Positions 42,601 to 52,200 of a stretch of DNA of 64,000 bases are shown one piece after another; position 1 is the stretch's first letter, and the number at the start of each line of letters is the position of its first letter. The notes beneath the pieces are model-generated. The model made no database searches, was not told the DNA's origin, and saw only the letters and a program-made list of their open reading frames with translations. Origin of the DNA: Verrucomicrobiota bacterium (GTDB lineage: Bacteria; Verrucomicrobiota; Verrucomicrobiia; Limisphaerales; UBA11358); assembly GCA_050015635.1 (NCBI GenBank), contig JBEKBA010000008.1, forward strand, positions 15,091-79,090, read 5' to 3'. Made by a program: the position numbers and the translations under genes.

Positions 42601-43096
42601 AATCAGGACACGAATTTCACGAATTAGCGCGAATTCAAATTTTCACTTCGGATATCCGCCGACCGATTGCAGGGGTAATGGTGCTAGCGCACGGCCAAGG
42701 CGCCTGACGGCGCGGGGATGTGGGATGGGTTCTGGGGTTTGGGGTCTTGGGAATGGCGTATAGGAAATCGGGAACAAAAAGAGCGGGAGCGCAGCGGTGC
42801 TTGAGCACTGCCACTATTACGGACGGCCACCAGTCCCTACCGACAATGTTTGGGACGCGGACTATCTGCCGATGTGTTGCCGGGGTTCCGCAGGGCTGCT
42901 GCCGGGGTGCGGCAGGACTGCTGCAATGGCGCGGCAAACCACCGCGGACGCCGCAGCGGTCCTTGCGGACGGCCACCACATCCCTACCAAAAAATGAAAC
43001 GTGCGTTCTTTCCAAGAGCGGAGAGGGGGAAGAAAATTTGATCGCCACGATGCCAGGAACGTTCCTTGCGGACGGGCGGCGTGACGCTGCATCCGA
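42601..43096. repeat. Large mosaic repeat cluster in the typA / manC-like spacer
   Basis: GGACACGAATTTCACGAATTAGCGCGAATT; CGGCCAAGGCGCCTGACGGCGCGGGGATGTGGG; GGAAATCGGGAACAAAAAGAGCGGGAGCGCAGCGGTGCTTGAGCACTGCCAC; GGACGGCCACCAGTCCCTACC; GGTCCTTGCGGACGGCCACCACATCCCTACC; GAGCGGAGAGGGGGA; CCTTGCGGACGGGCGGCGTGACGCTGCA. Confidence 0.8.
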
Positions 43097-43134
43097 CCTT
43101 CAAACTGATCCGCCATCTCATTGGCCAAATTTGG

Positions 43135-44265
43135 CTAAACCAGTTTCTTCAATCTCGCATCTTCTCCCAATTTCCTGACCAATTCCTTTACCTTTTGCGC
43201 CTGGCTTTTGTGCGCCAGCAACACTGCGTCGTCCGTCTGCACCAGAATCGAATCGCGCAAACCCACCACCGCAATCGGGGTTTTGTTTTTTGTCCGCGCG
43301 TCGTAGATGATGTTCCGCGCGGCGTCCACGTGGATGAAGTCCGCCACGGCGCAATTGCCTTCCGCGTCGGCCTTGAGATGCCGCGCCAGCGCGTTCCACG
43401 CACCGAGGTCGTCCCATTCAAACGCGCCGTCGGCCACGATGACGTTTTGCGCGTGCTCCATCAGCGCGTAATCAATCGAGATTTTTTTGATCGCCGGATA
43501 GTCCTTCGCCAGAATTTTCGCAAGCTTCACCGGCTGGTTTGCCACCTTGAACCAGCGCTGGCACGCGGCGAACATTTCCGGCTGATGCTTCTCCAGTCCG
43601 TTCGTGACCGTGATGAAACTCCAGACGAACATTCCGGCGTTCCAGCGATACTGCCCGCTGTTGACGTATTCCAGCGCGCGCTGAAAATCCGGTTTCTCCA
43701 CGAATTTTTCGGCTTTGTAAAAAAGGGTCTTCGTTTTCTTCGCGCGGGACGGCGTGGGCAATTCCTGTCCCACGTGAATGTAGCCGTAACCCGTCGCGGG
43801 CTCCGTCGGCTTGATGCCGATCGTCACCATCGCCTGTCCCTGCGCCGCCACGTCAAACGCGTCGCTCAAGACCTGCTGGAATTTTTTCTCCCCGGGAATC
43901 ACATGGTCGGCGGGCAAAACGGCCATGACGCCGGTCGTGGAACGCGCGCCGACGAGCGCCGCGCCCAGCGTCACGGCGGCGCACGTGTCACGCCCCATCG
44001 GCTCGGCCACCAGATTTTGTCCCGGAATTTTCGGCAATTGCCTGCGGACTTCCGGCAGTTGCGCCGCGTTGGTGATGACGAAAATATTTTTCGCCGGCAC
44101 CAGCGGCAGCACGCGATCAACGGCCTCCTGCAAAAAGGATTTCTTGCCGAGCAATGCGAGCAATTGCTTGGGCATCTTCCCGCGGCTCAACGGCCAGAAA
44201 CGCTCGCCGCGCCCGCCCGCCATGATGATGACGAAACGGTTCTTGTTGTCGGTTTTTGTCTTCAT
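43135..44265 (-). CDS. Mannose-1-phosphate guanylyltransferase (nucleotidyltransferase family)
   Basis: FVIIMAGGRGERFWPLSR (GxGxR NTP-transferase loop), then ...EKPD...A..Y..SG.Y.WN.GMF.W. ATG at 44265 is preferred. Confidence 0.85.
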   Translation of the reverse strand: MKTKTDNKNRFVIIMAGGRGERFWPLSRGKMPKQLLALLGKKSFLQEAVDRVLPLVPAKNIFVITNAAQLPEVRRQLPKIPGQNLVAEPMGRDTCAAVTLGAALVGARSTTGVMAVLPADHVIPGEKKFQQVLSDAFDVAAQGQAMVTIGIKPTEPATGYGYIHVGQELPTPSRAKKTKTLFYKAEKFVEKPDFQRALEYVNSGQYRWNAGMFVWSFITVTNGLEKHQPEMFAACQRWFKVANQPVKLAKILAKDYPAIKKISIDYALMEHAQNVIVADGAFEWDDLGAWNALARHLKADAEGNCAVADFIHVDAARNIIYDARTKNKTPIAVVGLRDSILVQTDDAVLLAHKSQAQKVKELVRKLGEDARLKKLV

Positions 44266-44312
44266 AATTCGTTGACCCGGATCCAATCGGTTAAAATCCG
44301 TGTTATCCGCGT

Positions 44313-45113
44313 TTAAACTGTTTTTACTGCATCCGCGAGCGATTTCACAAATTCACCCACGCGCTTCACCAGCTCTTTTGATTTTCCGTGTTCGGCGATT
44401 TGATTCACCACCGCGCTGCCGACGACGACGGCGTCCGCGTTTTGCGCGACGAGTTTCGCCTGTCCGGGATTCGAGACGCCGAAGCCGACGGCAATCGGAA
44501 GATTCGTGTGCGCGCGGATTTTGGCGACCTGCAACGCGAGGTTTGACGTGATTTTTTCCTGCATCCCCGTCACGCCTTCGCGCGAGACGTAATAAATGAA
44601 ACCCGCGCCGCGCTTCACGATGAATTTCATGCGCTCCTCCGGCGTCGTCGGCGCGACGAGATAAACCTGGCACAAATTATTTTTGTGCATGAGCGCCTCG
44701 TAATTTTCCGATTCTTCCGGCGGCAAATCCAAAACCAGCAATCCGTCCACGTCCGCGCGCGCCGCGTCCGCGATGAATTTTTCCATACCGGCGCGATGGA
44801 TGAGATTGAAATAGATATAAAGGACAATCGGGATTTTGGAGTGCCTGCGCACGGCCACAACTGTTTCCAATACTTTAGGTGGAGTAGTGCCGGATTCCAG
44901 ACCGCGCTGCGCGGCGAGCTGGTTCACCAAGCCGTCGGCCAGCGGATCGCTGAACGGCACGCCGAGTTCCAGCACATCCACGCCCGCCTTGTCGAAAGCC
45001 AGGGCCAGTTCGCGCGTGGCGGCGGAATTCGGGTCGCCCGCGCCGATGTAAACGATCAAACCTTTTTGACCGGCCTTTTGGAGTTGGGCAAATTTCTCAA
45101 CGATGCGATTCAT
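44313..45113 (-). CDS. trpA: Tryptophan synthase alpha chain
   Basis: MNRIVEKFAQLQKAGQKGLIVYIGAGDPN...LELGVPFSDPLADG...GFIYYVSREGVTG...PIAVGFGVS are TrpA signature motifs. No trpB is adjacent. Confidence 0.9.
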   Translation of the reverse strand: MNRIVEKFAQLQKAGQKGLIVYIGAGDPNSAATRELALAFDKAGVDVLELGVPFSDPLADGLVNQLAAQRGLESGTTPPKVLETVVAVRRHSKIPIVLYIYFNLIHRAGMEKFIADAARADVDGLLVLDLPPEESENYEALMHKNNLCQVYLVAPTTPEERMKFIVKRGAGFIYYVSREGVTGMQEKITSNLALQVAKIRAHTNLPIAVGFGVSNPGQAKLVAQNADAVVVGSAVVNQIAEHGKSKELVKRVGEFVKSLADAVKTV

Positions 45114-45408
45114 GCGCGCGCGGGAGTTTCCCGTTTGATGTTCCAAGTTTCAAGCGGGATTTGCGGTGGTGCATCAGTTTGAAGGTAATCCACTATGACA
45201 GTTTGCAATCAAACACGGTGCAACTATTCCCTTCCGTGATGTACATAATCCCACAAAATGTCATTTGTCTGTAACAAAAACAGAGGCCGATACGTCCATG
45301 CTGCGGAACTAGGAGTAAATACTCATGGCAGGAGACGTGCCGAATAACAACGCTTGTAGCGTCCGGGACGAAACAGTACATTAAACAAAACAACAAACTC
45401 AAATAAAC

Positions 45409-46062
45409 ATGAAAACGAAAAACATAATTAAACTGACGGCCCTTTCCGCAGCCATAATGATCGCGGGCATGGCTCAATCCAATGCGGCGATAGTGTCAAC
45501 GAATACGGTGCAAAGCATTACCGTTGCCTTCACCCTTTATTCACAGGGCACGACTACGACTAATGATCACCATGCGGTAATAACCGCAGTGAACACGGCC
45601 ACGGTTGATACGAAAAGTTTTATCACCAATTTCCTGGATTCCACGAATGTCTTTAAAAATCCAAATCTGGTTTTGGTGGTGCGAAATAACGGTTCAACCA
45701 ATCCTGTGGACGCCTTTGAGATTCGCGACGGAACCAATCCACCCGTTGTTGTCACCGGGCTTTCGACAACCAATAGCCCCAGTGTCAATAGTCGGAACGC
45801 TCCCACCAATGGAATAGTAACTGGCGTGAAATACAGCATCTTTAGTTTTAATGCGACGAGTTCCGCCGATACCAATGATACATATAGCTTGAGCGGTTTC
45901 ACGTCCACGACACACGCAAGCATTAAAGTTGGAGATGCAATCCTTAGCGTGGATAAGCTTACCGCCGATGTCGCCGGCACTTACAAAACAAATGGCGTAT
46001 TTGACGCAGTCGTTGATGGTAGAGTGACCCTTGGTGGTTTTGTTTATTCAAAAACTCAATAA
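45409..46062 (+). CDS. Secreted hypothetical protein (T/N/S/V-rich)
   Basis: Signal peptide MKTKNIIKLTALSAAIMIAGMAQSNAA. Followed by a strong terminator. No motif recognised. Confidence 0.6.
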   Translation: MKTKNIIKLTALSAAIMIAGMAQSNAAIVSTNTVQSITVAFTLYSQGTTTTNDHHAVITAVNTATVDTKSFITNFLDSTNVFKNPNLVLVVRNNGSTNPVDAFEIRDGTNPPVVVTGLSTTNSPSVNSRNAPTNGIVTGVKYSIFSFNATSSADTNDTYSLSGFTSTTHASIKVGDAILSVDKLTADVAGTYKTNGVFDAVVDGRVTLGGFVYSKTQ

Positions 46063-46117
46063 TAAAGAACTGACGAACCTGGCTGCCGGGGTTCTGAAGA
46101 GACCGGCAATGGAAACA

Positions 46118-46155
46118 AGCCAGGACAGGGTTTAGCCCCTGTCCTGGCTGTTTCA
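46118..46155 (+). terminator. Intrinsic terminator
   Basis: AGCCAGGACAGGG-tttagc-CCCTGTCCTGGCT (13 bp perfect stem) followed by GTTTC. Confidence 0.7.
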
Positions 46156-46178
46156 AGGCGAATCTAAAGGCGATTTCA

Positions 46179-46733
46179 ATGAGAGCTAAAGTTGCAATTC
46201 CGTTGCTGCTTGTGGGAATTATGGCGGTGCTTTTGGTATTCGTGGCTCGACCAAAAACTTCCGCTCCAAGTCCTCAACCGGCACCGGTAACAACTAGCGA
46301 TTCCATGCCGAAAACCAGTTCCGTCGGCCATTCGGAAGCTCTCTCAAATTCTTCGCCGACGAGGCCGGAGGAAAATTCGACGGCAACAGAGGTTGCCACC
46401 GACGATTCAGCTAATGCAGATTATGAAGTTTATGTAGTTAATCGGACCACCGAACTGGAAAACCTGGGGATGACCGACGACCCCAATTCGCTGGCCGAGA
46501 TTGAGTCTGAATTTGACAACCGGGACCCGCGAATTCAAGAGGCGGCAGTGGCCGCCGCCGTCCAATTCGGGAGTCGGGACGCAATTCCCGCATTGCAGGA
46601 TGCCTACAGACATTTCGATGATCCTGAACAAAAGATTAACATCCAAAAAGCCATTGATTTCCTGGAATTGCCTCCTCTGGGTGAAACGGCCAATGCAACA
46701 GCGTCAGCAGGCGGCGGCAATAACGGAAATTAG
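46179..46733 (+). CDS. Membrane-anchored hypothetical protein with HEAT-like repeat
   Basis: N-terminal anchor AKVAIPLLLVGIMAVLLVFVA. C-terminal DPRIQEAAVAAAVQFGSRDAIPALQDAYRHFDDPEQKINIQKAIDFL is a HEAT/PBS-lyase-like repeat. Confidence 0.55.
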   Translation: MRAKVAIPLLLVGIMAVLLVFVARPKTSAPSPQPAPVTTSDSMPKTSSVGHSEALSNSSPTRPEENSTATEVATDDSANADYEVYVVNRTTELENLGMTDDPNSLAEIESEFDNRDPRIQEAAVAAAVQFGSRDAIPALQDAYRHFDDPEQKINIQKAIDFLELPPLGETANATASAGGGNNGN

Positions 46734-46926
46734 TTCCACCATTTGGAAATCGGTCATGATTCACTTAGTCCCAATAATCTCCGGTATGCTCAGGATCACA
46801 AGCAAGGTGTGTCCGTTGCGGCTTCGTATGTATTACACAAGCGATAGACCTGACCGGCTTTGGGCCAAAATAAAATAGTGCCCGCGACAGGATTCTTATC
46901 TGTCAATTTGCGGCACGATTGACGGA

Positions 46927-47211
46927 CTAATGCCCCTTCTTTTTGGATGCCGGGGGAAGGTTTTCCGAATTTTCCTTCACCACCGCGATCATCTCTTTCA
47001 TCCCTACCTTGATCTCGCCGACCTGCGGATGCACTTCCTTGATGAGATCGTGTTCGATCTTGGACAGCTTTTCGATTCGTTTGCCCTGCTCGCGAAGCTG
47101 GTCCAAAAGGGCATTCTGTTTGGATGAAAGCCGGTGCATCCACCAAAAGCAAACACCCCAGCAAACGGAGCCGGCCAAAGTCATCCAGAAAGCGAGGCCA
47201 TTTTTATTCAT
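46927..47211 (-). CDS. Small single-pass membrane protein, function unknown
   Basis: MNKNGLAFWMTLAGSVCWGVCFWWMH (TM segment), then a helical charged tail. ATG at 47211 is preferred over the TTG at 47217. Confidence 0.5.
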   Translation of the reverse strand: MNKNGLAFWMTLAGSVCWGVCFWWMHRLSSKQNALLDQLREQGKRIEKLSKIEHDLIKEVHPQVGEIKVGMKEMIAVVKENSENLPPASKKKGH

Positions 47212-47382
47212 AGCCAATGATGAGGATGATCAGGAAACGCTGGCGCGAAATAAAATCTGCGGAGAATTCAGCCCAACTTTCTGGAATGCCCGGCCTCTTG
47301 ATGGCGGCCGCAACCCGCGCCGTATCCGTCAATTTCATTGCTTCGTATATGGGTTAAACCCGATCCCGATCAAAATCAATCA

Positions 47383-47460
47383 AAAGCCCGGCGAATACCG
47401 GAGGAAAAGCATTCGCCGGGTGATGCTGGCCCGAACAAATTTCATTTCGCCCGGGCTTTG
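47383..47460 (-). promoter_or_regulatory. Candidate terminator/antiterminator switch in the leader of the 46927-47211 gene
   Basis: Minus strand: CAAAGCCCGGGCGAA ... CCCGGCGAAT-(14 nt)-ATTCGCCGGG-CTTTTGATTGATTTTG. The 10-bp terminator stem is followed by a U-rich tract. The upstream segment can instead pair with the 3' arm. Confidence 0.45.
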
Positions 47461-47880
47461 CAAATGATTCAAGTCTGCTTCGACTCCATTCGTCGGATCC
47501 ACTTGGTTTTCACGAACCGCAATACAATTTCACCGGCGAGCGCAGACGCCCCAACGGTGGTCGGGATAAAATGAATGCCAACGGGTATTTGGTTTTCATT
47601 TTATTTCCTTCGGTCGTTGCGTTGTTGGTTTTTAACAATCGCAGTATATTAAGTGAGGCGTCCACTTTTCGCCATACGGTGAAACCCTACCATGAGTTGT
47701 TGCAAGTATTTACGCGGAAAAGCTGATCCAGCCGCTCAAAGTCAACAAACGGCTGGATTTCAAAGTCGCGGTTTACTGCGTGGGCAGCGGCTTAAGAACA
47801 GCAGGCGGCGAAGAGTTCGTTGATGGCATTCCCGGATTTAAAGCTGTTTGCCCAAAGTGATTTGGGGATTAAGATGCGTC

Positions 47881-48198
47881 ATGGCTTTGGAGACATTTAA
47901 GGCGAGCCGGTGGACGCATGGAAATTTCCTGTTCCCCACCGTCATCGAAGTGACAGACAAGGCGGTCATCCGCCACAAGCGCTCGTGGTTCAGCCGCGAC
48001 GAAATCAGCATCAGCATCACCAAGGTTGCGTCCGTCCACATCAAAACGGGAATCATCTGGTCGGACATTTTGATTGAATCCACCGGCGGCAGCGACCCAT
48101 TGGCGAGTCACGGCCACAGGAAAGCCGACGCGCGTCGCATCCGGGAGTTGATCGAAACGGCGCAGGGAAGCGTGGCCGGCAGAATGGAGCAGGGATAA
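47881..48198 (+). CDS. Bacterial PH-domain (bPH_2/YdbT-like) protein
   Basis: ...FLFPTVIEVTDKAVIRHKRSWFSRDEISISITKVASVHIKTGIIWSDILIESTGG fits the bPH_2 pattern by eye. ATG at 47881 is preferred. Confidence 0.5.
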   Translation: MALETFKASRWTHGNFLFPTVIEVTDKAVIRHKRSWFSRDEISISITKVASVHIKTGIIWSDILIESTGGSDPLASHGHRKADARRIRELIETAQGSVAGRMEQG

Positions 48199-48202
48199 AA
48201 TC

Positions 48203-49138
48203 ATGAAAGCGTGTGGCATGCTCGTGTTGTTTTTGGCGGGTTCACTTGTTGCGCGGGCGGATGACGACACGGTCACATTGCCGGAGCTGATTCAAGGCGC
48301 TCAACAGTGGGCGCAGGAAAATCTTGACACGAATATTCTCAACGCGCTGCCTGAGGTGGACGAGCGGACGGTGCAACAATTTATGCGCGAAGTGCAGCAG
48401 CGCTATCAAGGCGACTACGTGGTGGATATTGCGGCACTGCGGCAAACCGCGCTCACCGTCCTGCCATTGCTGGAAAGCAGCGAGGAAACCCTGCCCTACG
48501 CCGCGTGGCTCAGGGCGCAGATGGATTACCTTGATGTCGCGGACGAAATCCGGCTCACGATTCCACCGCCAAAAGTTGAAATCAACCAGCCACCCCAACC
48601 AGTTCCCAATCCTCCGCCGCAACAGGAACGCGAGCTCTGGGTGAAAAAAGTCTCCACCGATCCCTGGCCCGCCCTGGCCAAAGAATATGTACCGGAGTTG
48701 AAGCCGATTTTTGCCGCGCAAAAGATTCCGCCGGAATTGGTCTGGGTGGCGGAAGTGGAATCGTCCTTTGACCGTCGCGCATTAAGTCCGGCGGGAGCCG
48801 CGGGATTATTTCAATTGATGCCGGACACGGCCAAACGGTTCGGCCTTTCCTTGTGGCCGCGTGATCAACGCTTTCAGCCGGAACCCAGCGCGACCGCTTC
48901 CGCCCAATACCTGAAATATCTTTACGACCGTTTCAAGGACTGGCGGCTCGCACTGGCCGCTTACAACGCCGGTGAAGGCACGGTGCAAAAACTTCTGGAT
49001 CGCCATCCTGCGGGCGGTTACGACGCCATCGCCGAACATCTGCCTGCGGAAACGCAAATGTATGTGCCCCGGGTTGAAGCAACCCTCTTGCAGCGTGAAG
49101 GCGCAAAACTCGAACAACTTTCCGCGCCGACAAGTTAA
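48203..49138 (+). CDS. Lytic transglycosylase (SLT domain) with signal peptide
   Basis: VWVAEVESSFDRRALSPAGAAGLFQLMPDTAKRFGL...ALAAYNAGEGTV contains the SLT catalytic ES motif, GLMQ-like motif and AYNAG motif. Confidence 0.88.
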   Translation: MKACGMLVLFLAGSLVARADDDTVTLPELIQGAQQWAQENLDTNILNALPEVDERTVQQFMREVQQRYQGDYVVDIAALRQTALTVLPLLESSEETLPYAAWLRAQMDYLDVADEIRLTIPPPKVEINQPPQPVPNPPPQQERELWVKKVSTDPWPALAKEYVPELKPIFAAQKIPPELVWVAEVESSFDRRALSPAGAAGLFQLMPDTAKRFGLSLWPRDQRFQPEPSATASAQYLKYLYDRFKDWRLALAAYNAGEGTVQKLLDRHPAGGYDAIAEHLPAETQMYVPRVEATLLQREGAKLEQLSAPTS

Positions 49139-49271
49139 ACCACGTTGCGGACAAATTTATTTTGCCAGCCTTCGCACAGAAGGCGGCGCTGGATGGGGGA
49201 TACATAATGTTTGCGCTTCTTCGCCCCAGAAAATGCCCCTTTTCGAGCCATGAGTCCCCTGCTTTACCACA

Positions 49272-52200
49272 TCACAACTGGAATTTCACTTCCACGAAGT
49301 GTTCCCGGCGATCATCTGCAAGCTTCAACGCGGCACCCGATTGTTCCATCCCATCAAGAAATATTTTTGGCGGAACTTTCCACGTGCCCGATGCATTGAT
49401 GCAGGTGATGTGATAGACCGTTTCGCGATGGCGGTAATCCAGCTTGAAAGATTTCCAGTCCAGCGGAGCCTTGGGCGTGAAACGCAATTCGTCCACGGCC
49501 AGTTCCACTCCCAAAAACGTTTCCAGAATCAAGCGATACATCCATCCCGCGGAGCCGGTATACCAAGTCCAGCCGCCACGACCCGTATGCGACGACACGC
49601 TGTAAACATCCGCCGCGGTGACGTAGGGCTCGGCCTTGTAACGCGCCACGTCCTTTGGTTCCCGGGCGTGTAATATGGGATTGATGAACTTGAACAATTC
49701 CCACGCACGCGCGGTTTCGCCGGCAAGCGCAAAGGCCATCACCGTCCAGACGGCCGCGTGCGTATATTGGCCGCCGTTTTCGCGTACGCCGGGAACATAA
49801 CCTTTGATGTAGCCGGGTTCCATTGGCGATTTGTCGAATGGTGGATCAAATAATTCAATCAGCCTGGCTTCGCGTCGGACCAAACGATGCGTCACGGAAT
49901 CCAACGCGGTGCGGACGCGATCCTGGCTTCCCGCGCCGGAGATGACCGACCAGCTTTGCGGCAGGGAGTCAATCTGACATTCGGGGTTGGAAGATGAACC
50001 GAGCGGGTCGCCATTGTCAAAATAGGCGCGGCGATACCATTGGCCGTCCCATGCGTTGTTCTCAATGTTGTCGCGCAACGCCGCCGACTGCTCTTCGCAT
50101 TGCTGCGCGAAAGCTCCATCTCCGCGCTGTTTCGCCAGAATGGAAAAATGTTTTAAAACGTCATACAGAAAAAACGCCAGCCAGACGCTTTCGCCTTTTC
50201 CACGTTCACCGACCAGATTCATGCCATCGTTCCAATCGCCACAGCCCATCAGTGGCAAACCGTGCGCGCCAAATTTCAAACCGTTTTTTATGGCGCGCAC
50301 GCAATGTTCGTAAAGCCGGCCGGACTCGGCGGAGCGGTCAGGTAAATCGTAATACGCTTCCTCCTCCAGCTTGACCGCGCGGCCTTCCAGAAAAAAAATA
50401 TTTTCATCCAGCACGCCGGTGTCGCCCGTGGTTTCGACATAACGGCAGGTTGCGTAAGGCAGCCAGAGATAATCGTCGGAAAAATGTGTGCGCACCCCGC
50501 GACCGGACGGCGGATGCCACCAATGTTGCACGTCGCCTTCACGAAACTGGTGCGCGGCGGCGCGGAGCAATTGGTCGCGCAACAATTCCGGACGGGCATG
50601 AACCAGCGCCATCGAATCCTGAAGCTGGTCGCGAAAACCAAACGCACCGCCGGATTGATAAAAGCCCGTGCGCGCCCACAACCGGCAGGAAATCGTCTGG
50701 TAAAGCAGCCAGCCGTTGGCCAGAAGATTCAAAGCCGGTTCGGGTGTTTCCACATGGACGGCGCTCAAAATATGACCCCAGAAATCCCAAACTTTTTGCA
50801 ATTCTTCGCGACAGGTCTGGAGATTTTGAAATCTCCGCGCAAGGTCGCGCGCGGCTTCCAGATTTTGCCCCGCGCCCAGAATGAAGGCGATTTCGCGTTC
50901 CTGCCCCGGCTCAAGTTCCATTTGCACTTGCAACACCGCGCAAGGATCAAGGCCGGCGCCGATTTTTCCCGAGAGCCGTGTGCGCCGAAGCGCAGCCGGT
51001 TGCGCGGGCGTTCCATTGCGTCCGAAAAATTCCGTGCGGTCCGCCGTGTAGGAACGCGCCAGTTCACTACTGGCCGCGAACGCCACGCGGCCTTCAAAGT
51101 CGGTGTTGTATGGATTGCGCGCGAACAACGCGCTGGTTTGCGGATCGATTTCCGTGGCGATGTGCATCGCGCTTTTCTGCCGCGACTCGCCCAAAACCCA
51201 TTCCCAATAACCGGTCAGGGACAGGCGACGCCGACGATCGGAATTGTTTCGCAGTTTTAAAACGGCGAATTTCACCGGCTCATTGATGGACACATAAATC
51301 CATAACTCGGATGAAATGCCATCCTGCGTATGTTCAAAGACACTGTATCCAAAACCGTGCCGCACGACATACGGCGATTCCCCGCGCGCCGGGAGCGGAG
51401 TCGGCGACCAAAATTGTCCGGTCTGTTCGTCACGGATGTAAAACGCCTCGCCGCTGGCGTCCGTCACGGCGTCGTTGTTCCACGGCGTCAACCGGAACTC
51501 ATGGCAATTCTCGCTCCAGGTGTAGCTGCCGCCGCTTTCAGAAATGAGCGTGCCAAAATTCGGATTGCCCAGCACATTGACCCACGGCGCGGGCGTGGTT
51601 GCGCCGGGAAGAACCGTGATGACGTATTCGCGTCCGTCGGCCGTGAAACCACCCAAGCCGTTGAAGAAAACCAGTTTGCGCCCCGGCAATTCAATCGGGG
51701 TTTGAATTTCAGGCCGCGAGCGGATGCGCAGTGCAGGCGGCAGCGGTTCGGGCCGCGAGCGGCGTTGCAATTGTTCCAGCAACGTTCCTTTGTCATCGTG
51801 CAAAACAATCCGCGCCGCCGTTTCCAGAAGAATTTTATCTTCCGGCGAAAATTGATCCACGCGGCGCAAAAAGATTCCGCCGGGCTTGTCAATCAACTGG
51901 GTGCCGCTGTTCGCCGCGACGAGATTCAGGATCTGGTCATGCAGCGCCTGACGGTAAACTGAATCGTCCTCGTTCAAAATCACGAGGTCTACGGCCAAAC
52001 CTTTCAACCGCCAGTAAGCGTGCGCCTGCACGATTTGCCGCACCAAATCAACGAGGTCAACGTTCGTGGCATACAACAACAAGATCGGCAAATCGCCGGA
52101 AATGCCGAAGCTCCAAAGATTGCGCTGGCCTCGCTGATTACGCGCCAGAACACCGGGACTCGCCCGGCGCACAGCCTGATTGTAAAGCAAGGCACCGGCG

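Noticed and set aside
44313-45146. trpA without adjacent trpB as an anomaly.
   Set aside because: Split trp genes are common in many phyla and nothing in the sequence suggests a novel function. Only noted.
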